From positions 43,321 to 107,320 of the forward strand of contig JBDRCN010000035.1 of NCBI GenBank assembly GCA_043821705.1: a stretch of DNA of 64,000 bases, written 5' to 3'. Below are positions 18,590 through 28,690 of the stretch, one piece after another; within the stretch, counting starts at the first letter, position 1, and every line of letters starts with the position of its first letter. The position numbers and the translations under genes were made by a program. The DNA is from Candidatus Omnitrophota bacterium. Its GTDB lineage: Bacteria; Omnitrophota; Gorgyraeia; Gorgyraeales; Gorgyraeaceae. The notes below the pieces were generated by a model. It saw nothing but the letters and a program-made list of their open reading frames with translations. It did no database searches and was not told the DNA's origin.

Positions 18590-19903
18590 TCAAAAATATT
18601 CAGCAAAAAGTTGTTTTATCTTTAATATTAATCTACTGAAAATATTACGCGCATCATGCATTGATGAAGTCCTCTTCTTTGCATGCCTCCTTGCCTCTAA
18701 TCTAAAAAGACCAAGTGCACATGAAAAATCATCATCCTTCATATCATCTGCATTATATAATCTCCCCATCTCAATAGGAATCCCGAATATCTCTTCAACT
18801 GATTCTATAAACCCATCCATCTTAGAGACGCCCCCGATAATATTTGTATACGGTACCTTGCGCCTTTCCTTTAAAAAAGGCTCTATCTTTTTATACACAT
18901 CCTGCATTATGTCTTCTATCTTGGGTGATAAGAGATTTGATATCTCGCGCCTAGAGATAGCCCTGCTTTTAGTTTCAACCTCTGCTATATTGCTGTTATC
19001 TATACCTAAAGTAACATCCAGACCTTCAAGAACTTTCTTTTTATGCTCCCTATCTTTGATCGAAGGGATCAATACTTCAGTAGAATCATACATCTCCTGA
19101 TTGGACTTAGTGACGATCCCGTATTTTATCCTGAGTTCTTCTGCTTCTTCAAATAATATCCTTAATTTATCCTGGAGCACCTGGGTCAAATCGTCGCTGC
19201 CAAACGGGAAATAAAAACAATCTCTAAGTCTTGATTTATCAAAGAGAGCTACTTCTGTAACATCCTTTCCTACATCTATTAAAATAGCTCCTTCTTCTAA
19301 TCTCTTTTCGTCAAATATTGCAAGAGATGTTCCTCGTGCAGATGTTACTATGTCCTCCACTTCATAACCAGCTAAGTTAATTGCCTTTGTAAGGTTATGC
19401 AGTATGCTTACCAGTGATGTTATTATATTCAGGTCTACATCCAATTTGGAACCAAATAGGCCATGAGGATCATCTATCTCTAATTTATCATCAATATAGA
19501 ATTTCTCAGAGATGAGTTCAAGCACCTCTCTGTCGAGCGACATAGCTATAAGTCTAGCTGACTCGATACAGCGTGTGATATCCTCCTCAGTAATCTCACT
19601 GGGCCTATCTGATATATGGACAGAGCCCCTGCTCTTAAAGGTCCTTATATGTACTCCTGAGATATTCGCGATCACTTTTCTTATTTTTACATTAGCTTTG
19701 ATCTCAGCTTTATTGACAGTCTCTTCTATGGCATCTGACAAAAGACTTATATTAGTGACTACTCCTTTTGAAAAACCTTTTGTGGGGGATTTACAGTATG
19801 ACAGGATCTTTTCGCTCTTTAGATCAGGACTAGAAGCTTGAGCGATCAATGCCCTTATAAAAGAAGAACCTATATCTAGGCTACATATCACATCTTTATG
19901 CAT
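18590..19903 (-). CDS. ftsA: cell division protein FtsA
   Basis: 437 aa. Actin/HSP70-fold FtsA with SLDIGSS at the N-terminus. It sits downstream of ftsQ in the dcw cluster. Confidence 0.9.
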   Translation of the reverse strand: MHKDVICSLDIGSSFIRALIAQASSPDLKSEKILSYCKSPTKGFSKGVVTNISLLSDAIEETVNKAEIKANVKIRKVIANISGVHIRTFKSRGSVHISDRPSEITEEDITRCIESARLIAMSLDREVLELISEKFYIDDKLEIDDPHGLFGSKLDVDLNIITSLVSILHNLTKAINLAGYEVEDIVTSARGTSLAIFDEKRLEEGAILIDVGKDVTEVALFDKSRLRDCFYFPFGSDDLTQVLQDKLRILFEEAEELRIKYGIVTKSNQEMYDSTEVLIPSIKDREHKKKVLEGLDVTLGIDNSNIAEVETKSRAISRREISNLLSPKIEDIMQDVYKKIEPFLKERRKVPYTNIIGGVSKMDGFIESVEEIFGIPIEMGRLYNADDMKDDDFSCALGLFRLEARRHAKKRTSSMHDARNIFSRLILKIKQLFAEYF

Positions 19904-19914
19904 ATAGTACCAGG

Positions 19915-20745
19915 TTATTTATATCCGACTATCGGATCCTCAAAACGAAGATCGATGTATTTAAAATCATTGATATCCACGCCGATCTCATTAAGGACAG
20001 TTGCGAGTTTCGCAAGCCTGTCTCGAAAATCAGTATTACCTATCTTTATCTCGACTATTGCCTGGTCCAGAGAAAAAGAAACATTCCCAGGATCATTCAT
20101 ATCGACTAATTTTACCTTATATTTAGACAGGTCTTTATTTTCCGTTATATCATTTATAAGTTCCAATGCCTTGGCCAGCTTATCTTTTTCAAACTTAGCA
20201 AAATTAGGCCTGTCTACCTTAGCAAAATTCACGCCTATTCCTGCTATGATCGGAAGTTCTGGATCAGGAAAATTCCTCACGTCATTTAGCAACACACCTT
20301 CTCTATCTACTAGATAATATCTATCTGAGCGGATCTGCGCTACACTCTTCCTGAGTTCAGCCTTTACTATCAATTTATTGGGAAGAAGCCTTCTTATCAC
20401 AATATCTTTAAACTCAGGGTGATTAGATTCTATGTCCTTCTTCAATGCAGCCAGGTCCAAAAAGAAAATATTTTTTCCTATAATATCTCCATCGCTGATC
20501 TCGCTTAGCTGAAGATCCTTCAAGAAACTGCTTCCATCATGAAGTTTTATAGTACCTTCCTTTATAATAAAATAGTCTGAATCAATAAACATAAATTTTA
20601 TTCTTACAAGGCCTATCCCAATACCAGCTACTATAACTAGGGTTATTATAAACATTAAAAACCCTCTGATATTCAAAGATCTTTTCTTTCTAGTAGAACT
20701 GATCCTTTTTTTAAATTTTACTTTCTGGTTCTTTGGTTTTACCAT
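19915..20745 (-). CDS. ftsQ: cell division protein FtsQ/DivIB
   Basis: 276 aa. Basic N-terminus, one TM helix, and POTRA plus FtsQ beta domains. It lies between ddl and ftsA. Confidence 0.75.
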   Translation of the reverse strand: MVKPKNQKVKFKKRISSTRKKRSLNIRGFLMFIITLVIVAGIGIGLVRIKFMFIDSDYFIIKEGTIKLHDGSSFLKDLQLSEISDGDIIGKNIFFLDLAALKKDIESNHPEFKDIVIRRLLPNKLIVKAELRKSVAQIRSDRYYLVDREGVLLNDVRNFPDPELPIIAGIGVNFAKVDRPNFAKFEKDKLAKALELINDITENKDLSKYKVKLVDMNDPGNVSFSLDQAIVEIKIGNTDFRDRLAKLATVLNEIGVDINDFKYIDLRFEDPIVGYK

Positions 20746-21677
20746 ATTGCTGACTCCAAGATCTTCAATGTTAGTTCTTCGAAATCGATCCCTGCTTCAT
20801 TAGCTGCCTTAGGCAATAAAGATGTCTCTGTCAACCCAGGTATAGTATTTACTTCCAATATATAAGGGATGTTATCCTTACTTAGTATTATGTCAACACG
20901 TGAAAAAAAACGCGCACCCAATGCCTTATGTGCTTTTAATGCTGCACTCTGGCATTCAGCATAAATACTATCATCAATCTTAGCAGGAGATATGTATTCA
21001 GTAAAACCTTTCTTGTACTTTGCCTCAAAATCAAAGAACTTATTCTTGGGTATTATCTCTACTATCGGCAAAGGAGTATCTCCCAAAATACCTACTGTGA
21101 TCTCTCGACCTACTATATATTCTTCTAGTATTACCTTATTGCTGTACTTAAACGCATCTTCCAGAGCACTATCCAGGCCTTCTTTTTTATCTACTATATA
21201 AAGACCGATACTGGATCCCTTATCATAGGGTTTTACTACTATAGGTAGGCCTAACTCTTCCAGATATTTATCAAATCCTTTATCCAGATCAGCTTTGGAT
21301 ATCTTTTTATAGCAAGGTGTTGGAATATTAGAAGCCTTAAATATCTCTTTTGATTCTATCTTATCCATACCTATCCTGGATGCATCCACCCTGCTGCCAG
21401 TATATGGTATATTCATGTCCTCAAGGATCCTTTGTATGCCTCCATCTTCTCCAAATTCTCCATGCAAAGCAATGAAAGCAATGTCTATGTTCGAAGACCT
21501 TATCTTTTCCTTTACTTCTTTTGCGTAATCAACATTGCAATTTACCTTATCCAGCTCTAAAGAGATCGCATTAATGCCTTTTTTTATTAATGCATTATAG
21601 ACCGCTCTCCCGGATCTTATAGAAATATCACTTTCAGGAGAAGGTCCCCCCATTAATATCCCAACTCTCTTCTTCAT
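20739..21677 (-). CDS. ddl: D-alanine--D-alanine ligase
   Basis: 312 aa. ATP-grasp fold, with GILMGGPSPE and HGEFGEDGGIQ motifs. Confidence 0.9.
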   Translation of the reverse strand: MKKRVGILMGGPSPESDISIRSGRAVYNALIKKGINAISLELDKVNCNVDYAKEVKEKIRSSNIDIAFIALHGEFGEDGGIQRILEDMNIPYTGSRVDASRIGMDKIESKEIFKASNIPTPCYKKISKADLDKGFDKYLEELGLPIVVKPYDKGSSIGLYIVDKKEGLDSALEDAFKYSNKVILEEYIVGREITVGILGDTPLPIVEIIPKNKFFDFEAKYKKGFTEYISPAKIDDSIYAECQSAALKAHKALGARFFSRVDIILSKDNIPYILEVNTIPGLTETSLLPKAANEAGIDFEELTLKILESAIW

Positions 21678-22555
21678 ATTATCTTCAACTCTAGCTCGAG
21701 GTCTATGTTGAATTTTTCTTTTACGCTTTTTTTAGCAAGCTCTATCAGCTCCAGTACATCTTTCGAGCTCGCATTGCCTCTATTCACTATAAAATTAGCA
21801 TGTTCTTCTGAGATCAGAGCATCACCTATACTATAACCTTTAAGGCCGCAATCTTCTATAAGACTGCCTGCGCTTTCTCCGCTGTCCGGGTTTTTAAAGA
21901 CACTGCCTGCTGAAGGATAAAAAAGTTTGTTCATCCATATCCTTCTTTCCCGAAAAGTATTTATCTTATCATCGATCTCTTTTTCACTGCCAGGATCTAA
22001 TCCTATCTTAGCACTAAGAACTATTTTTTCTGAAAGCCCAGATGACCTATATTTAAAAGGTATATCATCTTTTTTTAATATCTTTCGCTTCTTATTATTT
22101 AGGTCCAAGACCTCTACTTCTTCTATTATATCTTTTATCTCGATCCTGCCTTTTTCTCCTCCAGTATCCCTGACGCCTGCATTCATAAATACTGCACCGC
22201 CAAAAGACCCTGGTATGCCCAATAAAAATTCACATCCTGTAAGAGTTAGGTCCTTACATTGCGCTATTAGCTTTGACATAAGCACAGCTGAACCTACTTT
22301 TAAGGAATCTCCATGTCTTTCTATATAATTAAAATCGTCCCCTAGCTTTACGACGATACCATCGAATCCAGCATCACTAAAAAGTATATTGCTTCCATTC
22401 CCGATTACCTTTATATCCTTGTCCTCTTTTTTAGCTATATCTATAGCTTCCAGGAGGGCTTTATAGGTCACTGCTTCTACAAAACAAAATACAGGCCCAC
22501 CTATCTTAAAAGTCGTTGCATTATTCATTAATTTACCGTATTCGCACTTAAGCAT
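21674..22555 (-). CDS. murB: UDP-N-acetylenolpyruvoylglucosamine reductase
   Basis: 293 aa. FAD-binding domain (GNGSNILFSD) and a MurB C-terminal domain. Confidence 0.9.
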   Translation of the reverse strand: MLKCEYGKLMNNATTFKIGGPVFCFVEAVTYKALLEAIDIAKKEDKDIKVIGNGSNILFSDAGFDGIVVKLGDDFNYIERHGDSLKVGSAVLMSKLIAQCKDLTLTGCEFLLGIPGSFGGAVFMNAGVRDTGGEKGRIEIKDIIEEVEVLDLNNKKRKILKKDDIPFKYRSSGLSEKIVLSAKIGLDPGSEKEIDDKINTFRERRIWMNKLFYPSAGSVFKNPDSGESAGSLIEDCGLKGYSIGDALISEEHANFIVNRGNASSKDVLELIELAKKSVKEKFNIDLELELKII

Positions 22556-23930
22556 TGCCTGCCTTACCTCCCTCTAATGCCTTTACTATATCTTCAGGTA
22601 ATTCATCTATATCTCCTGCGCCCAGTATAAAAAGCGCGTCACCTGGCTTAATTACCCTCATAAGATGTTTTACTATATTTTGTTTTGATATAAAATTTAC
22701 ATCCTTATGTCCTGCCTTCTCCACACTGTTACATATATCGCGCGCAGTCACTCCATCTATTGGTTTCTCATGGGCTGAATAGATATCAGTTATCACGAGG
22801 TGATCTGCCATGTCAAAAGAAGTACTAAACTCTTCCTTTAGATATTTTGTCCTGGAATATCTATGCGGCTGGAACACAGCTATGATCCTCTTCCCAGAGT
22901 CTTCCATGCCTTTTAATGTAGCTTTTATCTCAGTAGGATGATGAGCATAGTCATCTATCACTACTATATCTGAATCAAGCCTTCTTACACTAAACCTCCT
23001 ATCAGCTCCTTTAAAATCAACTATTGCCTCTTTTATAGAAGAGAAATCCACTCCTAGATCCATTGAAAGGCCTATGGCAGCTAAGCTGTTCAATATATTA
23101 TGCTCACCTATTAAAGATATCTTTATAGCCCCTAATAGTTTTCCTTTAAGTATTAGATCAAACTCTGAACCTCCCAGTCCCAGGAGTTTTACATTAGTTG
23201 CCCTAATATCAGCATCCTCTGAAAAACCATAACTAAGAACTCTCTTTGAAGCTGAAGCAGCGATCTCCCTTAGATTCTTATCATCAATGCACACAAGGCT
23301 ACAGCCATAATCTCGGGTATTCTGGATAAATTGTTTATAGGAAGCTAGCACATTATCCATGCTTGAATAATAATCCATATGCTCCCTGTCGATATTAGTG
23401 GAGATAGTGTATAAAGGGTTTAATAATAGGAATGATCCATCTGACTCATCAGCTTCTGTCACCACTATGTCACCTTTTCCGTAATGCGCGTTCCCCCCCA
23501 GAAAAGAGACATCAGCTCCTATAAATACAGTAGGATCAAAATCTGCTTTAATAAGCAGGTACGCTATCAAGGATGTAGTAGTAGTCTTGCCATGAGTGCC
23601 TGAGACTGCAATAAGGTCCTTGTCCTTTAAAAGCATGTTGAGCGCTTCTATGCGTTTTAAGATAAATATCTTTTTTCTCTTTGCCTCTATGATCTCTGGG
23701 TTTGTCTCTTTTATGCATGATGAATAGACAACAAAATCCGCGTTCTTCACATTCACTGCATCATGCGATTCTTGAACATGTATGCCGAGTACCTCTAATC
23801 TAGCAGTTACCTTTGTCTTTTTTATATCAGATCCTTGGACATTATAACCATTGTAATGGAAGACCTCTGCTAATCCGCTCATCCCTGCTCCACCTATGCC
23901 GATAAAATGTATCGTAGCTTTCTTTTTCAC
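22548..23930 (-). CDS. murC: UDP-N-acetylmuramate--L-alanine ligase
   Basis: 460 aa. FIGIGGAGMSGLA at the N-terminus, Mur-ligase P-loop (GTHGKTTTT) and central/C-terminal domains. Confidence 0.9.
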   Translation of the reverse strand: MKKKATIHFIGIGGAGMSGLAEVFHYNGYNVQGSDIKKTKVTARLEVLGIHVQESHDAVNVKNADFVVYSSCIKETNPEIIEAKRKKIFILKRIEALNMLLKDKDLIAVSGTHGKTTTTSLIAYLLIKADFDPTVFIGADVSFLGGNAHYGKGDIVVTEADESDGSFLLLNPLYTISTNIDREHMDYYSSMDNVLASYKQFIQNTRDYGCSLVCIDDKNLREIAASASKRVLSYGFSEDADIRATNVKLLGLGGSEFDLILKGKLLGAIKISLIGEHNILNSLAAIGLSMDLGVDFSSIKEAIVDFKGADRRFSVRRLDSDIVVIDDYAHHPTEIKATLKGMEDSGKRIIAVFQPHRYSRTKYLKEEFSTSFDMADHLVITDIYSAHEKPIDGVTARDICNSVEKAGHKDVNFISKQNIVKHLMRVIKPGDALFILGAGDIDELPEDIVKALEGGKAGNA

Positions 23931-24985
23931 CTAAGGATCTCCTCTACTAAGATTCTAGAGGCATCATTGCTGACTATACCAGCTTTTTTTGACATATCAT
24001 TTAATCTTCCTCTATCCATAAAACCAGTTAAGATGTCTACCAACTTCCTGGTAGTAATGCTTTTTTCTTCTATGATCACGCCGCTACCTATCTTTTCTAG
24101 TACTTTTGCATTATGTATCTGATGTCTATCCCCATATGGATAAGGAACTAATATCGCAGGTTTACCTAAATGCATGAGTTCTGAGATAGTTGTAGCACCT
24201 GCTCTCGCTACTACGAAATCACATTCATTATAAAGTTTATCTATTGCCTCTGTAAAGGATAAAACTCTACTTTTTATACCTTTCTCTTTATAATTTTTTG
24301 CAACAGATTCCCTGTCCTTTGCCCCTGATATGTGCACTAACTCTAAAGATCTTTTTTTCTCTTCGCCCATAAGGCCTATTGCCTCTGGTAAAAATCTATT
24401 TAGTGCGCTAGAACCTTGACTGCCTCCCATGATAAGTACCTTAAATATATCTTCTTTTTTCTCAAGGTCTTTAAGTAAAAGTATCTCTTTTCTTAGAATA
24501 TTCCCTGAAAAGATTATCTTTTTTTGCGAACACTTCAAATGCTTCCTGGTCTCAGGGAAACTTATAGCTACCCTTCCCACAAATCTGGCTAATATCTTAT
24601 TGGTCTTGCCAGGATACACGTTCTGCTCGTGTATCATGGTCTTTATCCTAAACAAACATGCTAGTAGTAAAACCGGGCCTGATACATAACCTCCAAACCC
24701 TACCACATAACTTGGCTTGATACGAAAAAGGAGTATTGCGGACCTGATCGTGCCTAATGTTAAGTAAAATAAAAAATCCAAGACTGATATTATGCCTTTA
24801 GAGCGTAGATTTTTAATAGGAAGAGTAAAAAACTTTATATTTTTATTTTCCAGGATATTAGAATCCTGCATACGAGAAGATGTCAGTATAAAAGGTTCAC
24901 TCCCTTTTAATAATATCTCTTCAGCTAATCTGATCGCTGGAAAAAGATGCCCTCCTGTACCCCCAGCAGCAATTATTACTCTCAT
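23927..24985 (-). CDS. murG: undecaprenyldiphospho-muramoylpentapeptide beta-N-acetylglucosaminyltransferase
   Basis: 352 aa. GT28 fold with AAGGTGGHLFPA at the N-terminus. Confidence 0.9.
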   Translation of the reverse strand: MRVIIAAGGTGGHLFPAIRLAEEILLKGSEPFILTSSRMQDSNILENKNIKFFTLPIKNLRSKGIISVLDFLFYLTLGTIRSAILLFRIKPSYVVGFGGYVSGPVLLLACLFRIKTMIHEQNVYPGKTNKILARFVGRVAISFPETRKHLKCSQKKIIFSGNILRKEILLLKDLEKKEDIFKVLIMGGSQGSSALNRFLPEAIGLMGEEKKRSLELVHISGAKDRESVAKNYKEKGIKSRVLSFTEAIDKLYNECDFVVARAGATTISELMHLGKPAILVPYPYGDRHQIHNAKVLEKIGSGVIIEEKSITTRKLVDILTGFMDRGRLNDMSKKAGIVSNDASRILVEEILR

Positions 24986-24998
24986 ATTAACTCCCTAT

Positions 24999-25112
24999 CA
25001 AGTCACATGTCACACGAACCTGAAACCTGCTTGCCCTCCGAAGCCAGCCTATTGAACTACAATTCGCAAAGGCGTAGGAGGGTTACCTGTGACATGTGTC
25101 TTGTGTCCTGCG
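24999..25112. repeat. GTGACATGTGAC-motif element filling the murG|ftsW intergenic gap
   Basis: caagtcacatgtcacacg at 24999-25016 and ctgtgacatgtgtcttgtgtcctgcgac at 25087-25112, in inverted orientation to each other. The motif also occurs at 2488-2520 and 28604-28690. Confidence 0.7.
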
Positions 25113-25113
25113 A

Positions 25114-26217
25114 CTACCTCTTTGCTATACTCAAAATAAGTGCCACACTGACCATATTCATTATCAGGGCTGTGCCTCCATAACTAATAAATGGTAAAGG
25201 CAGTCCCTTAGTAGGTATGGCACCTGTTGAAACAGCAATATTTATAATAGCCCTAAGCCCTATGTTCACTGTCAGGCCAAATGCAACAAGTTTACCAAAC
25301 ATATCTTTTGTAGTCGCTGATATTTTTATGCCCTGCCAGATAAATATACAAAATAAAAAAACCACACTTAGCGTGGCTACTAGGCCAAGCTCTTCCCCTA
25401 TTATTGAAAATATGAAATCAGTATGTGCCTGCGGAAGATAGAATAATTTCTGACGGCTACATCCAAGCCCGACCCCTAAAAGTCCGCCTGACCCCAATGC
25501 TAAGAAGGACTGTATGATCTGAAAACCTGCGTTCTGTGCATCATTCCATGGATCAAGGTATCCTATGATACGCCTTAATCTATATGGCACTTTGAAGATA
25601 AGAAAATAAAATGCTGGCAGAACCAATCCTATAAAAGGCAAAAAATACATCATATTCGCTCCAGCTGCAAACATCATAAGAACTGATACTGTTAAAAGCG
25701 TGACCGCAGTACCCAAGTCAGGCTGGAGCAGGACCAAAAACACTATAGAGCCAGATATCACTAATGGAGGCATGAACCCGTATAAAATGTTCTTGATAAA
25801 AAGTTCTTTTCTTTCCAGAAGGTCAGCTAGATACAGGATAAGACATAGACACGAGAGTTCTGATGGTTGAAATCCTATTGGACCGATCTTTATCCATCTT
25901 CTCGCGCCACCTGCTTCATGTCCTATACCTGGTAAAAATACCACTAATAAGCTTATTACTGAAAATGCAAGTAGCCACTTAGTATAATTTTTTATTCTTA
26001 GGTAATTGACCCTATATACCAATAAAAAAAGCACCAGCCCTACTGAAAAATTTATCAAATGTCTTTTCAGGTAAAATGCACTGTCATAAGAGTCCTCATA
26101 AGCATTACAGCTTGAAGCAGAATAGACCATAACAATACCAAGGCATATCAAGAGCATGGTCACTATCAATAATATGCTGGCATCCTTACTTAACGAGACT
26201 CTTTTAATCTCCTGCAT
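25114..26217 (-). CDS. ftsW: peptidoglycan glycosyltransferase FtsW (SEDS family)
   Basis: 367 aa. Ten-TM SEDS protein in dcw context between murD and murG. Confidence 0.85.
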   Translation of the reverse strand: MQEIKRVSLSKDASILLIVTMLLICLGIVMVYSASSCNAYEDSYDSAFYLKRHLINFSVGLVLFLLVYRVNYLRIKNYTKWLLAFSVISLLVVFLPGIGHEAGGARRWIKIGPIGFQPSELSCLCLILYLADLLERKELFIKNILYGFMPPLVISGSIVFLVLLQPDLGTAVTLLTVSVLMMFAAGANMMYFLPFIGLVLPAFYFLIFKVPYRLRRIIGYLDPWNDAQNAGFQIIQSFLALGSGGLLGVGLGCSRQKLFYLPQAHTDFIFSIIGEELGLVATLSVVFLFCIFIWQGIKISATTKDMFGKLVAFGLTVNIGLRAIINIAVSTGAIPTKGLPLPFISYGGTALIMNMVSVALILSIAKR

Positions 26218-27467
26218 AATTCCTTAAAAGACCTTCCTCTCTCTTCGTAATCTTTGAACATATCAAAACTTGAACATCCTGGTGAAAGCAAAACCTTGTC
26301 CCCTTTTCTTGATTCTTTTACTGCCTTATTGAATGCTTCTTCAAATGTCCTGCCTTCTATAATATTACTAAAGTTCTTTAGATCGCTCTTTATTCTTTCC
26401 TTAGCCTCTCCTATAGCAACAATAGATGATACTTTTTTTTCTAGATAAGGTTCTAGCCTGCTAAAATCTCCACCTTTATAACGTCCTCCTAAAATAAGGA
26501 CTATCTTTCCTTCCAGTGACTTTAATGCCCACTCGACACTCGAGATAGTAGTAGCCTTAGAATCATTGATGAACTGAACGCCATCCACAACTCTCACTTT
26601 CTCTAATCTATGTTCGATCCCATTAAACTCTTTGATGACCGCCAGCATGTCTTCCTCGTTCACTCCTTCATAAGATGCAATAGACATTGCAGCTTGAAAA
26701 TCCTCATTGTCTATGGATAACTTATTTCTAAAATCCAAATGATCATTGAAGAATTCGACCTTAGGCCCTGATACTTTCTCTCTGATGTCCTTTAATATCC
26801 TGTCCTTACTATTTAAAAACAATATATCTCCATCACGCTGATTAGAAAAGATCTTCATCTTTAAAGAAATGTATTCATCCATGTCTTTATGCCTATCCAA
26901 ATGATTTGTAGAAATATTTAATATTGCACTTACTTTAGGCCTAAAGTTATTTATCCACTCCAGCTGAAAAGAACTTACCTCAAGCACTACTATAGAATCC
27001 TTATCGAGCCCTTTTATCTCCCCGCTCAATGGGTTCCCGATATTTCCACATATACATGCTCGACGGCCAGCTTTTTTTAACATCCTCCCTATCAATGTAG
27101 TGACAGTGGTCTTCCCGCTAGTACCAGTTATAGCTATTATAGGTGCTGGACAATAGGAAAAAGCAAGTTCCAGTTCACTGACGACAGGGATATTTTTCTC
27201 TTGTGCTATCTTTATAGGAAGGGCTGTGTTTTTTACCCCAGGACTTACTACTACGAGGTCTATGTTTTCTGTAAATCTCTCTGTATGGCCACCAAATTCT
27301 ATATTCTCTTTTTTGACAATATTGTCTCTAATAAGAGGTCCTAAAAAAACTCTACTCTCATCTTCTTTTTTCACCTCAGTAATAAAGACCTGTCTACTAT
27401 GTTCTGCTAAAAGCCTTGCAGTAGACATACCACTTTTACCTAGTCCGACTACTAATGCATTTTTCAT
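26190..27467 (-). CDS. murD: UDP-N-acetylmuramoylalanine--D-glutamate ligase
   Basis: 425 aa. VVGLGKSG at the N-terminus and Mur-ligase P-loop GTSGKTTVT. Confidence 0.9.
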   Translation of the reverse strand: MKNALVVGLGKSGMSTARLLAEHSRQVFITEVKKEDESRVFLGPLIRDNIVKKENIEFGGHTERFTENIDLVVVSPGVKNTALPIKIAQEKNIPVVSELELAFSYCPAPIIAITGTSGKTTVTTLIGRMLKKAGRRACICGNIGNPLSGEIKGLDKDSIVVLEVSSFQLEWINNFRPKVSAILNISTNHLDRHKDMDEYISLKMKIFSNQRDGDILFLNSKDRILKDIREKVSGPKVEFFNDHLDFRNKLSIDNEDFQAAMSIASYEGVNEEDMLAVIKEFNGIEHRLEKVRVVDGVQFINDSKATTISSVEWALKSLEGKIVLILGGRYKGGDFSRLEPYLEKKVSSIVAIGEAKERIKSDLKNFSNIIEGRTFEEAFNKAVKESRKGDKVLLSPGCSSFDMFKDYEERGRSFKELCRRLKESR

Positions 27468-27489
27468 ATCTTTAGATCCTTTGGTCCTA

Positions 27490-28587
27490 TTACCTTAACT
27501 TTAGAGTAGCAAAACTCAATAGTACCAATATTATTGCAACTATCCAGAATCTAACTGTTATCTTTGGCTCTGACCAACCCAGCATCTGGAAATGATGATG
27601 AAGCGGAGCTATCTTAAAAATACGCTTACCCGTGGTCCTAAAAGAGATTATCTGTAGAAGCACTGACAATGCTTCTACAACAAATATCCCGCCTACTAAA
27701 AACAAGACTATCTCTTTTTTTATAAAACAAGCTACTGTCCCGATCGCTCCTCCTAAAGACAGCGCTCCAGTATCTCCCATAAATATAGAAGCTGGAAAAG
27801 AGTTATACCATAAAAATCCAAGGCCTGCTCCTGCAATAGCAGCGCAAAAGACTGTCAGTTCTCCTGCCTGAGGATGATAATATATACCTAGATAATTTGC
27901 CATACTGAAATGTCCAGCTACATAACTCATGCCAGTATATGCTACAGCGGTCAAGACTATACAACCTACTGCTAGGCCATCCAGGCCATCAGTGATATTT
28001 ACTGCATTGCTGGATGCAGTTATCACTAATATGATAAAAGGTATATAAAGAATGCCCAGATTTATCGCTGATTCCTTTAAGAAAGGCATCTCTAGAATAG
28101 TATTTATACTTGGTTCCATGTAAATATAAAGTCCGATCAAAAAGCCTACTGTGACCTGAAAAAGAAGCTTAGTCCTTTTATTAAGACCTCTCTTGCTCTT
28201 TCCCGAAGCTGATAAAAGTTTTTTATAATCATCTATAAACCCTACCCCACCTAAAAAACCTGTCACCATAAGCGCTAAAAGCACAAATCCATTTTTCATA
28301 TCAGCCCAAAGGATGGTCGAGGTAAACACGCCTATCAACATCAATAGGCCTCCCATTGTAGGAGTACCTTTTTTATCCTTGTGCAGGGCATAAAGGTGTT
28401 CTACATGTTTCTGTCTTATGGTTTCACCGACTTTAAGTGCTTTAAGTTTATTTATAATAGGAGGGGCAAAGACTACTGTTATTAAAAAAGCTGTGATACT
28501 GCTAAAGGCAGCTCTAAAGGTAATGTATTTAAATACATTGAATCCAAAAAAGTATTCACGAAGGGGATAAAGTAAGTAATATAACAT
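27490..28587 (-). CDS. mraY: phospho-N-acetylmuramoyl-pentapeptide transferase
   Basis: 365 aa. Polytopic membrane protein with NAVNITDGLDGLA and the HHH motif (APLHHHF). Confidence 0.95.
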   Translation of the reverse strand: MLYYLLYPLREYFFGFNVFKYITFRAAFSSITAFLITVVFAPPIINKLKALKVGETIRQKHVEHLYALHKDKKGTPTMGGLLMLIGVFTSTILWADMKNGFVLLALMVTGFLGGVGFIDDYKKLLSASGKSKRGLNKRTKLLFQVTVGFLIGLYIYMEPSINTILEMPFLKESAINLGILYIPFIILVITASSNAVNITDGLDGLAVGCIVLTAVAYTGMSYVAGHFSMANYLGIYYHPQAGELTVFCAAIAGAGLGFLWYNSFPASIFMGDTGALSLGGAIGTVACFIKKEIVLFLVGGIFVVEALSVLLQIISFRTTGKRIFKIAPLHHHFQMLGWSEPKITVRFWIVAIILVLLSFATLKLR

Positions 28588-28603
28588 GCTTAAAAATTCC
28601 TTT

Positions 28604-28690
28604 GGTCACAAGACACATCTACATGTTAATCAACATGTAGACACAAGTCACATGTGTTATGTGTCGTGTGTCATGTGTCTTATGTTTTGA
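28604..28690. repeat. GTGACATGTG-motif element filling the mraY|murF gap (it overlaps the murF stop codon)
   Basis: ggtcacaagacacat, then hairpin ctacatgtt-aatc-aacatgtag, then acacaagtcacatgtg and tgtgtcgtgtgtcatgtgtcttatg. It shares motifs with 24999-25112 and 2488-2520. Confidence 0.7.

Noticed and set aside
24999-25112. CRP/FNR-type operator (TGTGA-N6-TCACA) interpretation of the GTGACATGTGAC motif
   Set aside because: The half-site spacing does not fit the 6-nt spacer of CRP sites. The same unit also occurs as an in-frame tandem repeat within aroA, which fits a selfish repeat better than an operator. The operator idea is kept only as an alternative in the findings.
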